From an uncultured Chlorobiota bacterium (GTDB lineage Bacteria > Bacteroidota > Ignavibacteria > UBA10030 > UBA6906): 64,000 nucleotides of DNA. The notes below the pieces were generated by a model. That model was not told where the DNA came from and did no database searches. It saw only the letters and a list, made by a program, of their open reading frames with translations. A program made the translations under genes and the position numbers. The stretch covers positions 195,029 to 259,028 of the forward strand of contig CAADGV010000007.1 of assembly GCA_900696645.1 (NCBI GenBank). Reading direction: 5' to 3'. Shown here piece by piece: positions 20,901 to 28,590 of the stretch. Each line of letters starts with the position of its first letter. The first letter of the stretch is position 1.

Positions 20901-21005
20901 CACGGGACAAAGAACATGAAGATGCGTGCCGAAAGGCTTGGCGGTACAATTGATTTTGTGAAGGATGAGGGGACGCGGGTTGCTTTGAAGGTCAAGAAAC
21001 TCTGA
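17919..21005 (+). CDS. Sensor histidine kinase (beta-propeller repeats, Y_Y_Y, TM, HisKA_3, HATPase)
   Basis: Repeated D..G.LW.GT..GL motifs, YAYKLEG...YTHIPPGSYTFRV, RIASDLHDDIG, EAINNIAKHA, DDGKG. Confidence 0.93.
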   Translation: MILFRSITHHLIPKGTFPFLFLLSFIPILGAVGQSRQMKFDQITVEHGLSSLTPFHIVQDQQGFLWIGTEDGLNRYDGYAFVVYRPDPKDSTTLSRGLCSGLAVSRDGTLWVATETDILHRYDPDTDSFVRHKVVVPHEVKIDYRLSLGHIKPDGDSTLWIATNAGLCKFNTKSFESRFFTHYPADSATLSMNTLRTLSPEGNDVIWISSPKGLNRFDKRSEKVQRFQFNAPPFKPGHNDVHDVAVDAVGTVWAATFSGLLRLDTQTGKFIPFRQKTARGPDLGTEAFVNTVYVDDTGIVWVGAFRDGLFRFDPFAGRFAQHLHDAANRRSLNDDRITCIFQDRSDVLWVGTYRVGLNKYDRRQDQYAHYPASRGVFAVREDSFGDIWVGMFGNGIRIYEKKSGKMREFLPNPSKPGALRGPEIYSFAEDRSGDMWIATNLGVERYDHATQQFRQHELNRFLRRAATATVKCLLIDSDGELWAGTFAPSLLRYNPKSGAMTEYKHNPGSPNSLIAGEIWTLYQDRAGRIWAGSFSGGVCMFDKKVNSFTSFQHNEDDPASLPVHGVYAITQDERGFVWFGGVGGGLIRFDLESKSYKQYTVREGLADNFVKTVIVDGRGNLWLGTDKGISMFDKKSETFKNLKEKDGILGNVFLSGSAFRSATGMLYFGGERGVTAFHPDSLKPKEYKPPVVLTSFTVFEKPFPLDKSIMFLPDIALKHDEHTFSFEFVALDYSLPERNEYAYKLEGLDTAWTRAGTRRYASYTHIPPGSYTFRVRGSNSDGTWNEDGASVRIVISPPFWDTWWFRIAALIFVAGAGTAIYNYRVNRLLEIERLRVRIASDLHDDIGSSLTKISLQSELIQEGFEPEERENYLRNIASMSRELVTSMSDIVWSIDARNDTIESVLDKMKSFASSTLAVKDIGFNFAHSGLDLKKKIPVDVRENLYLIFKEAINNIAKHAGASHVNVVLRNDADSFSMVVVDDGKGWEGTARPSGHGTKNMKMRAERLGGTIDFVKDEGTRVALKVKKL

Positions 21006-21033
21006 GTTCTCTTCATATTTGCGGGCATTTTCC

Positions 21034-21049
21034 CCACATTCTCATGTAG
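21034..21049 (+). promoter_or_regulatory. Putative response-regulator box 1 (CCACAT-N4-ATGTAG)
   Basis: Identical 16-mer at 22758; near-palindrome; TAGTAT 23 nt downstream. Confidence 0.65.
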
Positions 21050-21084
21050 TTATCCAACTCGTTGATTTTTCGTAGTATAGTGAC

Positions 21085-21729
21085 ATGATAACAGTTGGGA
21101 TTGTCGAAGACGACAAAGACATACGAACAGGCATCCAGAAGTATCTGAGCCATCAAAAGGAATTTCTCTGCGAAGTGACGGGCGAGTCGGTTGAGGAGTT
21201 TCTCGCCAAAGCGAAGCAGGTGGAATTCCCTGAAGTGATCCTGAGTGACATCGGCCTGCCGGGCATGTCGGGCATAGACGGCATGCGTTTGATCAAAGAA
21301 GATCATCCCGAAACGGATATTATCATGCTGACTGTCTACAACGATTGGCAGAAGATTTTCGATTCGTTGCGGGCGGGCGCGTCAGGCTATCTCATCAAGA
21401 ATACGCCGCTGGCGGAAATCAAAAAGGCGATTGAGACGGTACGTGCAGGCGGCTCTGTGATGTCGCCTGAAATTGCCCGCAAGGTAATGGAACATTTCAA
21501 CTCACCAGCAACTCTTCAAGCTGAAAAATCGCAGCCCGAATCCATCCTCACTCCGAAAGAAAAGGAAATCGTCATCGGGTTGGTGGATGGGTTGAGCTAC
21601 AAGCTGCTTGCAGATCGGATGAATATTTCGATTGATACGATCCGGTTTCATATCAAGAACATCTACAAAAAACTCCACGTCAACTCCAAGGCGGAAGTGA
21701 TCAGCAAGTCGCTGCGCGGCGAGATTTAG
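21085..21729 (+). CDS. NarL/LuxR-family response regulator
   Basis: IVEDD, SDIGLPGMSG, GASGYLIK receiver motifs; LTPKEKEI...HIKNIYKKLHV HTH. Confidence 0.95.
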   Translation: MITVGIVEDDKDIRTGIQKYLSHQKEFLCEVTGESVEEFLAKAKQVEFPEVILSDIGLPGMSGIDGMRLIKEDHPETDIIMLTVYNDWQKIFDSLRAGASGYLIKNTPLAEIKKAIETVRAGGSVMSPEIARKVMEHFNSPATLQAEKSQPESILTPKEKEIVIGLVDGLSYKLLADRMNISIDTIRFHIKNIYKKLHVNSKAEVISKSLRGEI

Positions 21730-21898
21730 CAGGTTGCTGAAAAACTACATAGGCTTGCCACAGAGACACTGAGGCACGGAGAAAATAAGATGAACAACGC
21801 AGGAAGCCTAAACTATTTGATTGTCGGCAATAACTCCCAAAGAGAACTCTGTGGCTCCGTGCCTCCGTGGCCAACGAAAATCGTTTTTTGTCATCCTG
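21730..21898. mobile_element. MITE-like element: outer imperfect TIR with TTAG duplication enclosing empty inverted-arm element 4
   Basis: TTAG at 21726-21729 and 21899-21902 flank CAGGTTGCTGAAAAAC...GTTTTTTGTCATCCTG; inner arms 21757-21781 and 21847-21871 (20/25 complementary). Confidence 0.6.
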
Positions 21899-21913
21899 TT
21901 AGAAGGAGACGGG

Positions 21914-22699
21914 ATGGGGATTGATGTAGATGCGTACCTGCAAAGAATTAACCATAGCGGCAAACTCGACGTAGACATTGATACGCTGCGAGGACTCCAT
22001 CGGTCGCATATGATGGCTGTTCCGTTTGAGAATCTTGACATTCATACCGGAGCGGAAATCCTGCTGGATGAGAGCCGGTTGTTCGAGAAGATTGTTAACC
22101 GAAAGCGGGGCGGATTCTGTTACGAATTGAACGGGCTGTTTGCGGGACTTCTCCGGGAAATCGGGTTTGATGTTACGCTTTGCTCGGCACGGGTTTTTCA
22201 GGAAGATGCGCCGGGTCCGGAATACGATCACCTGACACTGATTGTGCATCTCGATGAGCCGTGGTTGGCAGACGTCGGGTTTGGTGATTCGTTCATCGAG
22301 CCGCTGAGAATGAACAGCGCGGCCGATCACATTCAGGACGGCATTGCCTATCGGCTCGATGGTGACGGTGAGGCTCTGACACTTTTTCGTCGGAGGCCCG
22401 CAAGCAACGATGAGCCTCAGTATATCTTCACCAACAAGCCCCGTTTGCTTTCCGAATTCTCAGGCATGTGTAAGTACCATCAATCCTCGCCGCTTTCTCA
22501 TTTCACCCGCAAACGCATCTGTTCGCTTGCGACGCCGGGTGGAAGAGTCACACTAAGCGACAACAAACTCATTGTTACCTCAAACGGCAACAGGACTGAA
22601 CGTGATCTCTCCGATTCCGAGTACGTCGTCACACTGAACGAGAAGTTTGGCGTTTTGCTGAACAGATCTTTTCTTTCCTCTTCCCGCACGCTGCCATAG
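21914..22699 (+). CDS. Arylamine N-acetyltransferase
   Basis: VPFENLD, RGGFCYELN, DHLTL and DVGFG giving the Cys-His-Asp triad; SD AAGGAG before ATG 21914. Confidence 0.93.
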   Translation: MGIDVDAYLQRINHSGKLDVDIDTLRGLHRSHMMAVPFENLDIHTGAEILLDESRLFEKIVNRKRGGFCYELNGLFAGLLREIGFDVTLCSARVFQEDAPGPEYDHLTLIVHLDEPWLADVGFGDSFIEPLRMNSAADHIQDGIAYRLDGDGEALTLFRRRPASNDEPQYIFTNKPRLLSEFSGMCKYHQSSPLSHFTRKRICSLATPGGRVTLSDNKLIVTSNGNRTERDLSDSEYVVTLNEKFGVLLNRSFLSSSRTLP

Positions 22700-22757
22700 C
22701 ATCCGCTTTCTGCGACGTTTCTTCTCAGTTCATTCTCGCTTTTGCGCCTCAAAGCTA

Positions 22758-22773
22758 CCACATTCTCATGTAG
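22758..22773 (+). promoter_or_regulatory. Putative response-regulator box 2
   Basis: CCACATTCTCATGTAG identical to box 1, with extended dyad GCTACC...GGTAGC. Confidence 0.65.
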
Positions 22774-22909
22774 GTAGCATAGCGTATTCCTTCCCGTATC
22801 ACTTTTCACATTTCCTGCATTGATATGCGGTGGTTCCGACCGCTGCTGCAGGTTAGATTGAAAACATATCATATCACCAATCATCAACACTATTAGGAAA
22901 GGGTTCACC

Positions 22910-23971
22910 ATGAGATTAGCATCCGTTGTGGCGCTGTTTGTATTGTTCGGCTGGCTGTCGGAGAAGGCTGCCTCCCAGATTTCGATCGGGCCCGACAAGT
23001 TGCCCTCCGCGGGCGACGTGTTTATTGCACACCCGATGGACACGACAAGTGTCTTTGAGGGAACCGCCGGCGCAAACAAATCCTGGAATTTTGCGGGGCT
23101 TACCTCAAGCGCAATTCCCGAGACAATTCAATACGTCAACGCTTCGACAACTCCTTTTGCGCAACAGTTCCCGAATGCAAGTCTTGCCAGCGTTATCAAT
23201 GACGGCGGCTTTGTCACGTACGCGTATTTTTCAACGGCATCAAATAAGCTGACGCTTTATGGTTCAGCGGGCGAGGAGTTTATGATTCAGTATGACGATC
23301 CGGAAATCCAGATGTCAACTCCGTTGAACTTCAACGATCAGTACAGCGATCAATTCAGCGGCGCCATGACTGGTGAAGGCTTTATTGTACGAACAGGTGG
23401 CTCGTTGAATGTCATCAACGACAGCTACGGAACGTTGGTTCTGCCCGGCGGCGCATCGATGCCTGCGGCACGTGTCAAGTTCGTACGCCAGAATTTCGAT
23501 ACAACATTCGTCAACGGCATTCCGCTCATGACGTCATCCTTGACCATCACGTCGTATGAGTGGTTCATTGCTTCGGCGAAGTTTCCCGTTCTGCAGATTG
23601 CCTATTACGTGCAGGTAACAAACGGCAGCACAACGAGAATCAAGAAAGTCGATTACAATCCTTTTGCGCCGACAAGCGTTGACGAACGGAAGAAAGATGG
23701 TGTCGCCACAACGTTCAAGTTGGACCAGAACTTCCCGAATCCATTCAATCCGGCAACGACCATTGGCTTCCAGCTTCCGCAGTCGGGAAACGTCTCGCTG
23801 AAGGTGTACAACCTCCTCGGCCAGGAAGTGGCGACGTTGGTCGATGAGGAACTGAGCAGCGGTATCTATGCAATTCCGTTTGATGCGGGTAATCTTGCAA
23901 GCGGCACGTACGTATATCGTTTGCAGGTTGGCGATGCTGTTCAGACGAAGAAGTTGACGCTTCTGAAGTAG
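22910..23971 (+). CDS. Secreted protein with T9SS type-A C-terminal sorting domain
   Basis: Signal peptide; LDQNFPNPFNPATTI...LKVYNLLGQEV...LASGTYVYRL...KKLTLLK. Confidence 0.9.
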   Translation: MRLASVVALFVLFGWLSEKAASQISIGPDKLPSAGDVFIAHPMDTTSVFEGTAGANKSWNFAGLTSSAIPETIQYVNASTTPFAQQFPNASLASVINDGGFVTYAYFSTASNKLTLYGSAGEEFMIQYDDPEIQMSTPLNFNDQYSDQFSGAMTGEGFIVRTGGSLNVINDSYGTLVLPGGASMPAARVKFVRQNFDTTFVNGIPLMTSSLTITSYEWFIASAKFPVLQIAYYVQVTNGSTTRIKKVDYNPFAPTSVDERKKDGVATTFKLDQNFPNPFNPATTIGFQLPQSGNVSLKVYNLLGQEVATLVDEELSSGIYAIPFDAGNLASGTYVYRLQVGDAVQTKKLTLLK

Positions 23972-24040
23972 ATTCCGGTTCGGGTGCAGAACGACTGCAC
24001 CCGATCATCATCCCATTCAAACTCAAAAAGGAGACCAGTC

Positions 24041-26035
24041 GTGTACAGGTTGTTTGTGCAAGCAAGTCTGATGGCTGTGATGTTGCTGGTGGCGGGGTGT
24101 TCCAAGAATTCCGACAGCATGGTCGATCCGGGCAACGGCGGCAACGGCGGAAATAATGGAGGTGGAACGGTTACGGCTGAGCAACGCCGTGCCGCGGTTG
24201 ATTCTGTGATTGCGTTTGCAGAGTCGCTGACAGGCTCACCGGCGCAAGACAACGTACAGATTGTCGAGTTCGCCAGACGGCTCTCAGTGGTTGAGGCCGC
24301 AGGCATAGAGGGGGGGAATGCGTGGGCTCGGTTCAAAGACGGCAAGTTGTTGCTGATCGGGGGCTTTCGCCCGACTCTCGAAGGAGAAGGCCAGCAATTG
24401 GACCGTACCGCCGGATCACCCTCAATGACAACTTATCCATCGGCGGCCGTGCCGTTTTCCTCTAATGCTGTTACCGGCGTTCCCGATATGCCTGCCACGA
24501 ATCAGATCAGAATTCTGAACTCGCTCGGCCCCGCATTCGATCCCGTAACATTCGGAGACGGGTTTACTTCAACTGTTCAGGATTTGAAGGATTGGTTTTC
24601 GCATGATGTAGGCGGATACTTCATGCCGGGCACTGACAGGGCGGAAGTGAATGATCTGAAGGGTGCTTGGGGTGATGGCGTATTCTACATGAGTGCCCAC
24701 GGTGCGAAGGGGCGGCTGCGTGACGGTTCCGGTCTGTACGGAATCTGGACTTCAACGCCCGTTACTCCCACCAATGATATTCTGTACGCTAACGATCTTG
24801 ATAGCGGATACTTGTGCATCTATGCGGCTGTTCACGACCGGACGCCGATTCCCATCCCGGGTCGGGGACAGTGGGCAACGCATTACGCAATTACGCCGAA
24901 GTTCGTCCGCAAGTACATATCGTTTGCGCCGAACAGTTTCGTCTTCTTCAACGCCTGCCTGAGCGACGATGCGGACTTCAGGCAAGCCTGCATTGACAAA
25001 GGCGCGTCGTTGTATGCCGGATGGTCGAACTACGCCGACCCGACCTCGGCGCTCAAAACTGCCCGCTATCTGTACGACAGACTATTGGGAGTGAACAAGG
25101 CAATGCCGAGAGAGAATCCGCCGCAGCGTCCTTTTGAATGGGGTCTCTACTTCACCGACATGGCGGCAAAAGGTCTGGACAAGGCGAGTACGGCCGAACA
25201 CGGACTTTGCGAACTGAAGATGACACAAACGAACGGCGACTTCAGCTTTCTTGCGCCGAGCATTGTCGCGGTGAGTGCTTTTCAGATGGAGAAGGAGATT
25301 CACATAGGAGGAAGATTCGGTTCCGACCCCGGCCTTGCAGTTGAGATAACGCTCGGCGGCAGGCAGTTACAGATAAAGCGCTGGCGTCATGACAATGTCA
25401 TTTGCGAAGCCCCGATGCAAGGCGCCGGCTCGGCGGGCGACCTTCAGGTGAAGATACGTGGCCGGAAGAGCAACGTGTTCCAGATTACCGAGTGGCGCGG
25501 CGAATTCAACTACGTGCTTACCGGCCGCGGAACGCAGCGGGTTGAGGTGACACTCCAGCTCAATTTCCGCAGCAGTTTGAACAGGTACAGGCTTGAAGCC
25601 GGCAAGGCACCCGTAATCGGATCGATGAGGTTGGCAACATTGCTTGAATCTTCCGGCGCCACCTACTTTGCGAGCGGCAGCTATACAAGTCCGGGCGGCA
25701 GTTCGGAAACCTGGTCGGGCGGAGGCAGCATTGGGCTTCTTACTTTCCCCACGCAGCAAGTCGGTTTCGGCATGCCCGGTTCGTTCATCGATCTCGCAAC
25801 GGGTCATGCAGATTTGAATTTCGGATTGTCGGGCGTGACGTACACTTCCACTGTCAATAATCTCATGTTCAATATGCCGTTGACGATCGTAATGACGGGC
25901 CTCAGATTTCAAATCGATTCACAGAATAGAATTGTCGGCGGTTCGCACACCGTCCCGCTCGGCAATCATACAGCTACATTGACATGGTCAACAATATCTC
26001 CGCTGCACCCGCCCACGTCGGATTATGCGCGGTAG
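24041..26035 (+). CDS. Lipoprotein with putative caspase/gingipain-like (clan CD) domain and IPT/TIG-like domain
   Basis: Lipobox LVAGC, Gly/Asn linker, VFYMSAHG and FVFFNAC motifs; GTG start after AGGAG. Confidence 0.7.
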   Translation: MYRLFVQASLMAVMLLVAGCSKNSDSMVDPGNGGNGGNNGGGTVTAEQRRAAVDSVIAFAESLTGSPAQDNVQIVEFARRLSVVEAAGIEGGNAWARFKDGKLLLIGGFRPTLEGEGQQLDRTAGSPSMTTYPSAAVPFSSNAVTGVPDMPATNQIRILNSLGPAFDPVTFGDGFTSTVQDLKDWFSHDVGGYFMPGTDRAEVNDLKGAWGDGVFYMSAHGAKGRLRDGSGLYGIWTSTPVTPTNDILYANDLDSGYLCIYAAVHDRTPIPIPGRGQWATHYAITPKFVRKYISFAPNSFVFFNACLSDDADFRQACIDKGASLYAGWSNYADPTSALKTARYLYDRLLGVNKAMPRENPPQRPFEWGLYFTDMAAKGLDKASTAEHGLCELKMTQTNGDFSFLAPSIVAVSAFQMEKEIHIGGRFGSDPGLAVEITLGGRQLQIKRWRHDNVICEAPMQGAGSAGDLQVKIRGRKSNVFQITEWRGEFNYVLTGRGTQRVEVTLQLNFRSSLNRYRLEAGKAPVIGSMRLATLLESSGATYFASGSYTSPGGSSETWSGGGSIGLLTFPTQQVGFGMPGSFIDLATGHADLNFGLSGVTYTSTVNNLMFNMPLTIVMTGLRFQIDSQNRIVGGSHTVPLGNHTATLTWSTISPLHPPTSDYAR

Positions 26036-26074
26036 AAATCAACGAGTTCTATTCAAAGGGATAAATTTAGCGCT

Positions 26075-27562
26075 ATGAAACTCAGCATTATTCTTTTCAC
26101 AAATCTCTATCTGGCAGTAGCAGGCTTTGCACAGACCGGAGGCTACTACATCAGCCGGAAAGAAATCCTGCCCGAGTACGTTGTCACGGCTGAAACATTC
26201 TCCCTCTCCCTTCCATCAAACAGAGAGGATGTGAAGGCAATCGGAATGGGAAAGACCCAAAACGCCAACGGCAAAGGCTTCAACGCTATGATGTACAATC
26301 CGGCGCTGCTTGCAAACGAACAGATTCGGTTTGAACTCCCCGGTGTTTACGCCAGTCTGCCGACGAAGTCGTTTGATGCCATCAGTTTTCTTCGGGATAA
26401 TACGCATCAGTTCAAGACGGGAGAATTCATCAAATCTGTGAAGCAGGGATTGCGGGAGCTGAAAACTGCATCGAACGAACAGGAAGCGTTGGCGGCGTTG
26501 CGCAAGATTCAATCCGGCGCAAGGTTCGCCCATGAAATGCAGGAAGCATTGGGCGGTACGGATGAAAACCCGAAGACGCATGGCGTCAGCGTCATTCCGA
26601 GTCTCTCGGCACAAATCGGCAACTTCGGCGTCTCGTTGTACGGCGTTGCGCAATCGGGATTTCAGCTTGTCTCCGGCCCCTCGGTTGCGGAGTTGGCACG
26701 TGTGAAGATTCCTGACAGACTCGATCAACTGACGATCGAGGATTACATCTCGCTTGCCACAGCAGTTGAACCGCTGTTTGATGCAACGGGACAACTGAAT
26801 GAAGATGCATTGCCCGTTGTGTATTCCGTTTCGTATATCGACATCGTTGGTGCAGTCGGGTACGCAATCCCTGTGTCGGATGAGTTCTGCGTTGGGGCAA
26901 ACGTCAAGGTGTTGAACAGGCGCTTTTCGTCGAAGCGGGTTGCGGCCAACTATTTCGATAAGATTCTGAGTGAAGTCCGAAGCGACTTCAATACATCGAT
27001 TACAGGTGTCACGCTCGACCTCGGAGCTTTATACAAGTCTCCGACGGGCACGCACGGGGGCATTTCAGTCCAGAATCTCATTCCAATGAAAACGCTGACT
27101 TCGAACATGAACGTCCGGCGTGTGCAAACGGGGATCCTCGACTACGACAGGGATCAGTTCGGAAACATCATTGTCACGAACGGCGACACGGCGTTGGTTG
27201 CAGGCGAGCAGAAAGTGCGGGTGATTGTCCCCATCGAGCTGAAATCACCTCTCGTCGTGAATGTCGGGATGATGCACCCGCTGACGGAAAACTGGGATGT
27301 TGCGCTTGATGTTGCCGATGTTGCAGCACAGGATGATTTGTTCGAGGATTATCTTCACCGCGTCAGAATAGGAACGGAATTCCGTCTTGACGCCGTGAAA
27401 GATAAGTTGGGTATCGCGTTCCGGGCCGGGCTTGCCGAGAAGCGTCCGACATTCGGCATCGGGCTGAATCTGTTCCGCTTTCTGCAGATCGACGGCGCAT
27501 TCGCGCATGATACATTCACGGACGAGAACTCCTATTTCGCGCAAGTGAAGCTCGGCTGGTAA
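26075..27562 (+). CDS. Outer-membrane beta-barrel (TraF_2/PorV/FadL-like)
   Basis: AIGMG...AMMYNPALLA N-terminal motif, alternating beta-strands, terminal Trp (QVKLGW). Confidence 0.72.
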   Translation: MKLSIILFTNLYLAVAGFAQTGGYYISRKEILPEYVVTAETFSLSLPSNREDVKAIGMGKTQNANGKGFNAMMYNPALLANEQIRFELPGVYASLPTKSFDAISFLRDNTHQFKTGEFIKSVKQGLRELKTASNEQEALAALRKIQSGARFAHEMQEALGGTDENPKTHGVSVIPSLSAQIGNFGVSLYGVAQSGFQLVSGPSVAELARVKIPDRLDQLTIEDYISLATAVEPLFDATGQLNEDALPVVYSVSYIDIVGAVGYAIPVSDEFCVGANVKVLNRRFSSKRVAANYFDKILSEVRSDFNTSITGVTLDLGALYKSPTGTHGGISVQNLIPMKTLTSNMNVRRVQTGILDYDRDQFGNIIVTNGDTALVAGEQKVRVIVPIELKSPLVVNVGMMHPLTENWDVALDVADVAAQDDLFEDYLHRVRIGTEFRLDAVKDKLGIAFRAGLAEKRPTFGIGLNLFRFLQIDGAFAHDTFTDENSYFAQVKLGW

Positions 27563-27620
27563 ACACCACACGAAGATGCAGGAAGAGAGGCAGCGGAATA
27601 GTCGTACTACGTGGTATGGC

Positions 27621-27636
27621 CTACATTGAGATGTAG
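27621..27636 (+). promoter_or_regulatory. Putative response-regulator box 3 (perfect CTACAT-N4-ATGTAG)
   Basis: Perfect dyad; TATCTT 23 nt downstream. Confidence 0.6.
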
Positions 27637-27695
27637 TAACCGAACGAGGGCAATTGAACTATCTTTATCATCAACAAAACATGAGGTACCAACCA

Positions 27696-28322
27696 ATGAA
27701 AAAACTTCTGATAATCTTGGCATTACTGACTGCGTCATTTTCGGCATCGCAGGCACAGGTCTCGTTTAGCGGCGGCCCGCACGGCGGATTGACATTCTCA
27801 TCGTTTCCGCAAGGAGTAAAGGATTTTTACGGAATCGGGTTTGGCGGCGGCGCTCACGCAGATTTGAATATCGCCAGCTTTCTGACGACCCGGCTGAATT
27901 TTGATTACAACATGTTTCCTTCAGACAAGACGAAACTGAAGACGCAATTCAGAGTTACCGATCCGAACGGAAATCCGACGAACGACTTCGATGTTACGGG
28001 CGGAAATGTCTCGATTATCGGAATGTCGTTGAATGGAATCGGCAAGATTCCGACGCATTCATCCGTTACTCCGTACGGCATGATCGGCTTCGGACTTCAC
28101 ATCCTGAACCAGAGTGAACTGAAGGTAACAGCCGGAGGAAATACCCTGCTCACCATTCCTTCTCCATCGAGTGACACGAATTTCGGAATGAACTTCGGCG
28201 CCGGTGTTGAATTCGGGCTGGGTAACAGGACGAAATTGTTTGTTGATGTGAAGTATGTGTTGATCTTCACCCAAAATGCAAATTCGTCGCATCTTCCGGT
28301 GACAGTAGGGTTTACGTTCTGA
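27696..28322 (+). CDS. Small outer-membrane beta-barrel protein (OmpA-TM-like)
   Basis: Signal peptide MKKLLIILALL...SQA; TPYGMIGFG, FGMNFGAGVEF strands; terminal Phe. Confidence 0.85.
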   Translation: MKKLLIILALLTASFSASQAQVSFSGGPHGGLTFSSFPQGVKDFYGIGFGGGAHADLNIASFLTTRLNFDYNMFPSDKTKLKTQFRVTDPNGNPTNDFDVTGGNVSIIGMSLNGIGKIPTHSSVTPYGMIGFGLHILNQSELKVTAGGNTLLTIPSPSSDTNFGMNFGAGVEFGLGNRTKLFVDVKYVLIFTQNANSSHLPVTVGFTF

Positions 28323-28410
28323 TGTTCTCGTCGGGTGCCGTCGCGAGCGGTTCGGCGCCCGGTACGTTCTCTGAAAATCAAACAATCTAATCAACGCAAC
28401 AAGAAATATC

Positions 28411-28590
28411 ATGTTCGCATTCTTCACTCTCATACCTCTCCTTCAAAGCGCAGCAGACGCTCATGCAGCGCTCAGCAAGCCGACTTCCGTCAAGGAAGAA
28501 AGCAAGCGAAATGTAGGAGAGAAGAAGAGGTTCACGAGCAGACATTTATCGAAAACACACGCAGGGAAGAAGGCGGTTGTCAAATGCTAA
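28411..28590 (+). CDS. Possible 59-aa small protein
   Basis: MFAFFTLIPLLQSAADAHAA...KKAVVKC*; stop overlaps the next ATG (ATGCTAA); below the ORF-track cutoff. Confidence 0.3.
   Translation: MFAFFTLIPLLQSAADAHAALSKPTSVKEESKRNVGEKKRFTSRHLSKTHAGKKAVVKC

Noticed and set aside
21821..21913. N-terminal extension of the NAT ORF in the track
   Set aside because: It runs through the MITE arm; the SD and family-like start are at ATG 21914.
24128..24166. ggcaacggc tandem repeats as a possible contingency locus
   Set aside because: In-frame Gly/Asn linker after the lipobox with synonymous variation; ordinary low-complexity coding sequence.
26075..27562. TraF-like barrel as evidence of a conjugative element
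   Set aside because: No relaxase, T4SS or integrase genes nearby; this barrel type also occurs outside conjugation systems.
28335..28583. Basic N-terminal part of the 443-aa ORF
   Set aside because: No SD, implausible composition, and it overlaps a probable intergenic region and the small ORF at 28411.
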